Source: Mustelus asterias (Eukaryota). From it: a DNA stretch of 64,000 bases. The translations under genes and the position numbers were made by a program. The notes below the pieces were generated by a model that ran no database searches, was not told the DNA's origin, and saw only the letters and a list, made by a program, of their open reading frames with translations. The stretch is taken from contig NW_027590987.1 in NCBI RefSeq assembly GCF_964213995.1, forward strand, positions 1-64,000, written 5' to 3'. Positions within the stretch are counted from its first letter, which is position 1; each line of letters starts with the position of its first letter. Shown one piece after another: positions 57,563 through 64,000 of this stretch.

Positions 57563-60262
57563 AGTCATGGAGTCATAGAGGTTTCCAGCTTGGAAACGGG
57601 CCCTTCAGCCCAACTTGTCCATGCCGCCCCTTTTTTAACCCCTGTGCTCATCCCAATTGTCCACGTTTGGCCCATATCCCTCGACACCCATCTTACCCAT
57701 GTAACTGTCTAAACGCTTTTTAAAAGACAAAATTGTACCTGCCTCTACTACTACCTCTGGCACCTTTTTCCAGACACTCACCACCCTCTGTGTGAAACAA
57801 GTGCCCCACTGGACCCTTCTGTATCTCTCCCCTCTCACCTTAAACCTATGCCCTCTAGTTTTAGACTCCCCTACCTTTGGGAAAAGATATTGACTATCTA
57901 GCTGATCTATGCCCCTCATTATTTTATAGACCTCTATAAGTTCACCCCTAAGCCTCCTACATTCCAGGGAAAAAAGTCCCAGTCTATCCAGCCTCTCTTT
58001 AAAACTCAAATCATCAAGTCCCGGTAGCATCCTAATAAATCTTTTCTGCAGTCTTTCTAGTTTAATTATATCCTTTCTATCATAGGGTGACCAGAACTGT
58101 ACACAGTATTCCAAGTGTGGCCTTACCAATGTCTTGTAAAACTTCAACAAGACATTCCAACTCCTGTATTCAATGTTCTGACCAACATGCAGAATGCCTT
58201 CTTCACCACTCTGTCCACCTGCAACTCCATTTTCAAGGAGCTATGTACCTGTACCCCTAGATTTCTGTTCTGTAACTCTCCCCAACACCCTACCATTAAC
58301 TGAGTAAGTCCTGTCCTGGTTCGATCGCCCAAAATGTATTACCTCGCATTTATCTAAATTAAACTCCATCTGCCATTCGTCAGCCCACTGGTCCAATTGA
58401 TCAAGATCGCGCTACAATCCTAGATAGCCTTCTCCACTGTCCACGATGCCACCAACTTTGGTGTCATCTGAAAACTTACTAACCATGCCTCCTACATTCT
58501 CACCCAAATCATTAATATAAATGACAAATAACAGTGGACCCAGCACCGATCCTTGAGGCACACCGCTGGTCACAGGCTCCAGTTTGAAAAACATCCTTCT
58601 ACAACCACCCTCTGTCTTCTGTCATCAAGCCAGTTTTGTATCCATTTGGCTAACTCACCCTGGATTTCATTAGATTTAACCTTAAGCAACAATCTACCAC
58701 GCGGTACCTTGTCAAAGGCCTTTCTAAAGTCCATGTAGACAGCATCACCTGTACTGCCCTCATCTACCTTCTTGGTTACCCCTTCAAAAAACTCAATCAA
58801 ATTTGTGAGACATGATTTTCCACTCACAAAGCCATGCTGACCGTCCCTAATCAGTCCTTGTGTCTCCAAATGCTTGTAGATCCTGTCTCTCAAATACCTT
58901 CTGACAACTTACAGATGTGAATCACACCGCCCTTTAGTTCCCAGGCTTTTCCCTGCAGCCCTTTTTAAACAAAGGCTCCACATTTGCCACCCTCCAATCT
59001 TTAGCCACCTCACTTGTGACTATCGATGATTCAAATATCTCTGCTAGGAGACCCGCAATTTCCTCCCTCGCCTCCCACAGTGTTCTGGGATACACTTCAT
59101 CAGGTCCTGGGGATTTATCTACCTTGATGCGCTTTATGACTTCCAGCATCTCCTTCTCTGTTATAAGTACACTTCTCAAGACATCACTTTATTTCCCCAA
59201 GTTCCCTAACATCCATGCTTTTCTCAGCAATAAATAATGATGAAAAATATTCATTTATGATCTCACCCATCTCTTGTGGATCCGCACATAGATGACCTTG
59301 TTGATCCTTAAGAGGCCCTACTCTCTACCTAGTTACTCTTTGGCACTTTATGTATTTATAGAACCTCTTTGGATTATTCTTTGCCTTATCTGCCAAAACA
59401 ATCTCGTGTCCCCTTTTTGCCCTCCTGATTTCTCTCTTAATTCTACTCCTACACCCTCTATATTCTTCAAGGGATCCCAGCTGCCTATGCATGTCATGTG
59501 CCTCCTTCTTCTTGATGAGGGCCTCAATATCTCGAGTCATCCAGGGTTCCTGACTTCTACCAGCCTTGCCCTTCACTCTAAGAGCAATGTGCTTATCCTG
59601 AACACTGGTTAAAACACTTTTGAAAGCCTCCCACTTTCCAGACGTCCCTTTGCCTTCCCACAGACTCCCCCAGTTAACTGTCGAAAGTTCCTGCCTGATA
59701 CCATCAACATTGGCCTTGCCCTAATTTAGAATTTTAACTTTTGGACCTGACCAATCATTTTCCATTGGTATCTTAAAACTAATGGAATTATGGTCACTGG
59801 TCCCAAAGTGATCCCTCACTCACACTTCTATCACCTGCCCTTCCTTATTTCCCAAGAGGAGGTGAAGTTTTGCCCCTCTCTAGTCAGGCCATCCACATAC
59901 TGAATGAGAAATTCCTCCTGAATACACTCAACAAATTTCTCCCCATCCAAGCCTCGAATACTATGTCTGTCCCAGTCAATGTTGGGAAAGTTAAAATCCC
60001 CGACTATTACCACCCTATTTTTCTTGGAACTATCTGTAATCTCCTTACATATTTGCTCCTCAATTTCCCACCGACTATTTGGGGGCCTATAGTACAACCC
60101 TATCAAAGTGATTTCCCCCTTCTTATTTCTCAGTTCACCCCTTTTGACTCAGTGGGCGAACCCTCGGATATGTCCCCTCTCAGTACTGCCGTGATGTTTT
60201 CCTGAATCAAAAGTGCAACTCCCCCTCCTTTCTTTTCTCCTGTTCTATCTTTCCTATGGCAT
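57563..60262 (-). mobile_element. Nearly complete but disrupted CR1 ORF2 (endonuclease plus RT)
   Basis: In order: [66 protein letters not shown]. Multiple frameshifts. Confidence 0.92.
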
Positions 60263-61146
60263 CTTGTTTTTAACTTGTTTTTAAATCACCCAGAAACTCG
60301 TGTCTATTTTAGTTTATAATTGTGGATTTATTGGAGCCAGTTAAATGTGGAAATTTTAAGCGTAGCCTGGAGGAATTTGGAATAACTGAGAATTTTATAT
60401 TGTTGTCACCTCAACCCCAGGTAAAGAACAAAGAGATTGCAGGTGGTAACGTGTTTGGGATTTTAAATTAACAAAGATTAGGTGTTGCTGATAAAATGGC
60501 TTAAAAAGGGTTAAGTTATAATGAAGGATCTTGGATCTTATTTTAATCAAGGAGTTGTGAGCTTGTAGTGCTCTATCACTTTAAGAAGCTATCGCTGCGA
60601 GAGAGAATGCTGAGGATTCATTGACTGAAATTTACGAGCTGTGAGAATCTGTGTGTTTCATTTTGTTTTCTGTGGATGTTTGTAGATGTGTTTTATTATT
60701 GTTTTGGGCTACATTTGTTAAGTTTTATCTTTCTGGGGAATTAACCTTACCTTGAGTCTTTGATTAAAGGCATTTTTGGAAGTTTTAAAAACAGAATCAC
60801 AAGAACGCTTAAGTAATTAATTTTGGTTATTGTTGTTGTAAAGCACATGCTAAGTTTCTCTGTTTGTGTATGGATGATATTTGTGGGTTGAATGCTTCAG
60901 GCTTTGAGTTTTTCTGTCTGTGATTTAAATCAAACATTTAAAAAAGGAAGTGTAATTAATAAAATGTTTTTTTTCAAAAGTTATGAACTTGGAGCCATAT
61001 TTACTGGACAGAGACATCTTTCCAGGATATTTTACTAAACATGCAGGAATTTTAATCCGGATAAAACTCACATGTGAGAATGAGAGTTTTAATTTGTAAT
61101 GATTATTTAAAATTTGGTACATATGAAACGACTCTGACCAATCCTG

Positions 61147-61716
61147 TGTTGGATTGATCTTGGGTTAAACTTCCTGTCAGGTCCAAAGATTTATTCCTGA
61201 CACAATTAACACAATGAAAAGGAAAATTCTGGAATTGGATACTGAAGAACAGAGTTTAAAAGGAGAGATTATTAAATAGAAATGATTCCCAGACCGTGTG
61301 ATCGTTAGGTTGGAACAAAGGAAGGTTGCTGACATCCATTTGAGAACTTTTAATCCACCCCTTTTCAAACTCAGTCTATGTACAAAGAAAACCCCAAGGA
61401 TGGTAGATAAGGGGGTCTGGAAAACATCATGATGGGGGCACCTATCTGTTCATGAGATGCTGACAAAGCCCCATGATGCCCAGATACTAATTTAATTGCA
61501 CCTCTAATGTATGTAATCTATCACCATTCTGATTGGATTGTGTCCAGCTGGGATGGACTAAGTAACTGCATAAGAATTGATCATATTCTTTATTGGGTGG
61601 AGTTGCACGTGGTCAGCCCCTGTGGCTTCTCCCCGCTGGCCTAGCTCAATAAACTGTTTGTCGATTGAATCAGGTTTGAGTGTTGAATGATTCTTCTGAG
61701 TTCATTCCCCCCAACA
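61147..61716 (+). mobile_element. Solo LTR-like element, copy 2 (~570 bp)
   Basis: Perfect 6-bp inverted termini TGTTGG..CCAACA and AATAAA ~65 nt before the end. No clean TSD. Confidence 0.68.
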
Positions 61717-61724
61717 CACTGGGT

Positions 61725-61875
61725 ACATTACCACTTCATCCTCGGGAGTGGCCTGATAGGCCGTGGTCCAGACTACATGTGGCCCTTGGGGGACCTTTCA
61801 TGAATCACATGTTTTTGCTTGTTGTAGATGCACATTCAAAATGCTTGGAAGCACAGATCATGAGTAATATTACAG
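61725..61875 (+). mobile_element. Gypsy integrase relic
   Basis: PLHPREWPDRPWSRLHVALGGPFMNHMFLLVVDAHSKCLE matches the Ty3/Gypsy integrase core start (PLHPWEWP..PW.RLH.DFAGPF....L.VVDAHSKW.E). The first catalytic D is lost. Confidence 0.8.
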
Positions 61876-61892
61876 GGCAATTAGGACTAGCT

Positions 61893-61970
61893 TATTGGTA
61901 AAAACTGGGCGGCATAGACAAGTTGGGCTGAAGGGCCTGTTTCCATGCTGTAAACCTCTATGACTCTAAC
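61893..61970 (+). mobile_element. CR1 extreme 3' end
   Basis: Reverse-complement match to 56695-56770. Confidence 0.75.
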
Positions 61971-62521
61971 TACCTTTTTTGTGGCCTGAAGTTCCCACAA
62001 TTGGAAAGCAGCCAGATTAGTTAAATAGACAGCATTAATTGTGAGACAATTAAATAATAAATGATTCATTAATATATATGTTATAAAGGCTGGAAATATA
62101 AATTTGAACACAAGTTTATAACTTTTAGAATTGTAAACACATTAAGAATGGTTAAAATGCTGTGGGAATTACCAGATGTTCCCTTCCCATGCTGACAGAA
62201 TAAAGAAAGATGAAAGGACTTGTTAACCTTGACTGGAGGGAATGAATCGGCTCCTGTTCAAGATGTCTCAACATTGAATGACTGATGTGAACCAATTATT
62301 GGTTGACACTCAGGCTACCCCAAGCTAAGAGATATCGTTTGAGAGAAAGAATTGTCTTAAAATTAAGACAATGTGCGCAATTAGCTAAAAACCAAACCAA
62401 TGTCATTATTGACAAGTTATAGACCAATTGGCTCATTCCCAACAATTAGCTGAGGATGGCTTTCTACATTTTGAAAGTATAAAAAGGGGGATTCGAGAAA
62501 CCAATTTGGTAGAAGTTTTTA

Positions 62522-63080
62522 AAAGTTAACTTTGTTTATAGTTTGTTTATTAGTGTCACACATAGACTTACATTAACATTGCAATGAAGTTACTCTGAAA
62601 ATTCCCCAGTCGCCACACTCTGGCGCCTGTTCGGGTAAACTGAGGGAGAATTTAGCATGGCCAATGTACCCAACCAGCACGTCTTTTCGACTGTGGGAGG
62701 AAACTGGAGCACCCGGAGGAAACCTGCACTTTACTGTTCAAAAATCTATCTATCCTTGCCTTAAAAACATTCAATGAGGTAGCCTCAACTGCTTCACTGG
62801 GCAGGGAATTCCACAGATTCACAACCCTTTCTGTGAAGAAGTTCCTCCTCAACTCAGTCCTAAATCTGCTTCCCTTATTTTGAGGCTGTGTCTCCTAGTT
62901 GTAGGTTAGGGGGATGAGCAGGGTAAATACTTGGGGTTATGGGACAGGTCTGGATGGGATTGCCCTGTGTGTCAGGGGGATTATATGAGGTTACAAGGAT
63001 AAGGCCTGTGTGGGATTGTTATCAGTGCAGACCTGATGGGCCAAATGGCCTCCTTCTGCACTGAAAGGATTCTATGATTT
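62522..63080. mobile_element. Mosaic: SINE type B (62522-62726 -), CR1 fragment (62727-62898 -), SINE type A tail (62901-63080 +)
   Basis: V-domain, RRNFFTERVVNLWNSLP, and GATGGGCCAAATGGCCTCCTTCTGCACTG..TTCTATGATT. Confidence 0.75.
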
Positions 63081-63104
63081 CAGAGAATTGTGAAATTGGA
63101 GATT

Positions 63105-63490
63105 ACTGAGATAGGGAGGGATAAGGTCATGGAGGAATTTGAAAATAAGGATGTGAATTTTAAAATTGAAACATGACTTGACTTAAAGCCGATGTCGGCT
63201 TTATGGATGAATAGGATTTGGATGAATAGGATTTGGATGAATAGGATTTGGATGAATAGGATTTGGTGTGAGAAAGCAGACGGGCGGCAGAGTTTTGGAT
63301 GATCTCACGTTTCTATGTGGGGAGTGGGGTGAATGTGAGAGGCTGCTCAGAAATGTATTGGAATCATCAAGACTAAAGGTAACAGATGGAGTGGGGTGGA
63401 GACTGTGGACATTATGGAGATTGAAATATTTGGTATCAGTGATGGGATGGATATGTGGTCAGAAACTCATCCTGTTGTTAAATCTGACAG
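63105..63490 (-). mobile_element. Degenerate L2 fragment, same family as 1-660
   Basis: Shares GGTCATGGAG.AATTTG.AAA.AAG, GCAGAGTTTTGGATGA and AGGTAACA.A blocks with 65-290. Confidence 0.55.
63205..63266. repeat. 15-bp perfect tandem repeat x4
   Basis: (GGATGAATAGGATTT)4. Confidence 0.95.
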
Positions 63491-64000
63491 CAAGGCCTGA
63501 ATTTTTCATCCATTGGGCACACTCACACGGGAGTGCCTGGAAACGGGTGCAATCAGCCCTGGAAATCGGCCCCGGAAAGTGATCTCATGCTGGCTGGCTG
63601 ATTAACGGGCAGTCAGTGTGAAACGTGCACTGGGAAAGGCTCAGTGCTGCCAGGGAGGGAGGTAAGGGGACGGGGAGGGAGGGAAGGGGACGGGCACTGA
63701 GGAAAGCGAGGGTGCTGTTGGTATTTCCAATACACTCCCTCAGGGGGACAGCTGCTGCGGAGCCTGTCTCTCAGCTACAGCCCTGGAAAAAATAAACTGT
63801 GATGGAGCTCCTCACACTTGTTGGAGGTGAGGATGGCAGAGATGGGGAGAGGGAGAACCCTTCAAAAGGAATTAACTTCTGTTAGCAGTATTTAAAAGAC
63901 GCAAGACACTGTGTTTAACACAAAGCTGATTTATTTGACTCTTATCCAGAATATATACACCTATAACCGGCCTGGTGTTCATTAATATCAGCAGGACCAG

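Noticed and set aside
61975-62520. Possible further LTR (TG start, CCAAT, TATAAAA at ~62478)
   Set aside because: No second terminus, TSD or second copy visible, so it cannot be supported.
63492-63720. Possible DNA transposon or MITE end (GGCCTGAATTTT..)
   Set aside because: No matching inverted terminus inside the window.

Overview
Eukaryotic (vertebrate) genomic DNA, most likely from a shark or other elasmobranch, inferred from the HE1/V-SINE-type tRNA-SINEs and dense CR1 LINEs. The window is a tandem C2H2 zinc-finger (ZNF) gene cluster with six apparently intact finger-only genes (A 1379-2653+, B 6863-8077+, D 18595-20616+, F 37539-38549-, G 50799-51947-, H 55289-56467+), two disrupted copies (C 14533-15917-, E 28411-28804+) and a 5' remnant (~4040-4330-). 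Several are head-to-head pairs on duplicated CpG-rich bidirectional promoters. No KRAB, SCAN, BTB or SET domain is visible. The genes instead share a modular design: a conserved 3' splice site, fossil fingers in the 5' UTR, an atypical first finger (WKCxDC..PSxLExH), a variable array, and a C-terminal tail (xQGLDSAV..AVNHIQD) that is translated in two genes and lies behind a TGA in the others. The rest is a transposon mosaic of nested CR1, L2, Rex/Babar and Tx1 LINEs, many SINEs, two kinds of solo LTR, a Gypsy integrase relic and Penelope-like elements (PLEs). The PLE repeats carry minimal hammerhead ribozyme motifs and leave TSD-flanked insertions as short as 17-20 bp. All calls come from reading the sequence by eye; no searches or alignments were run, and repeat boundaries are approximate.
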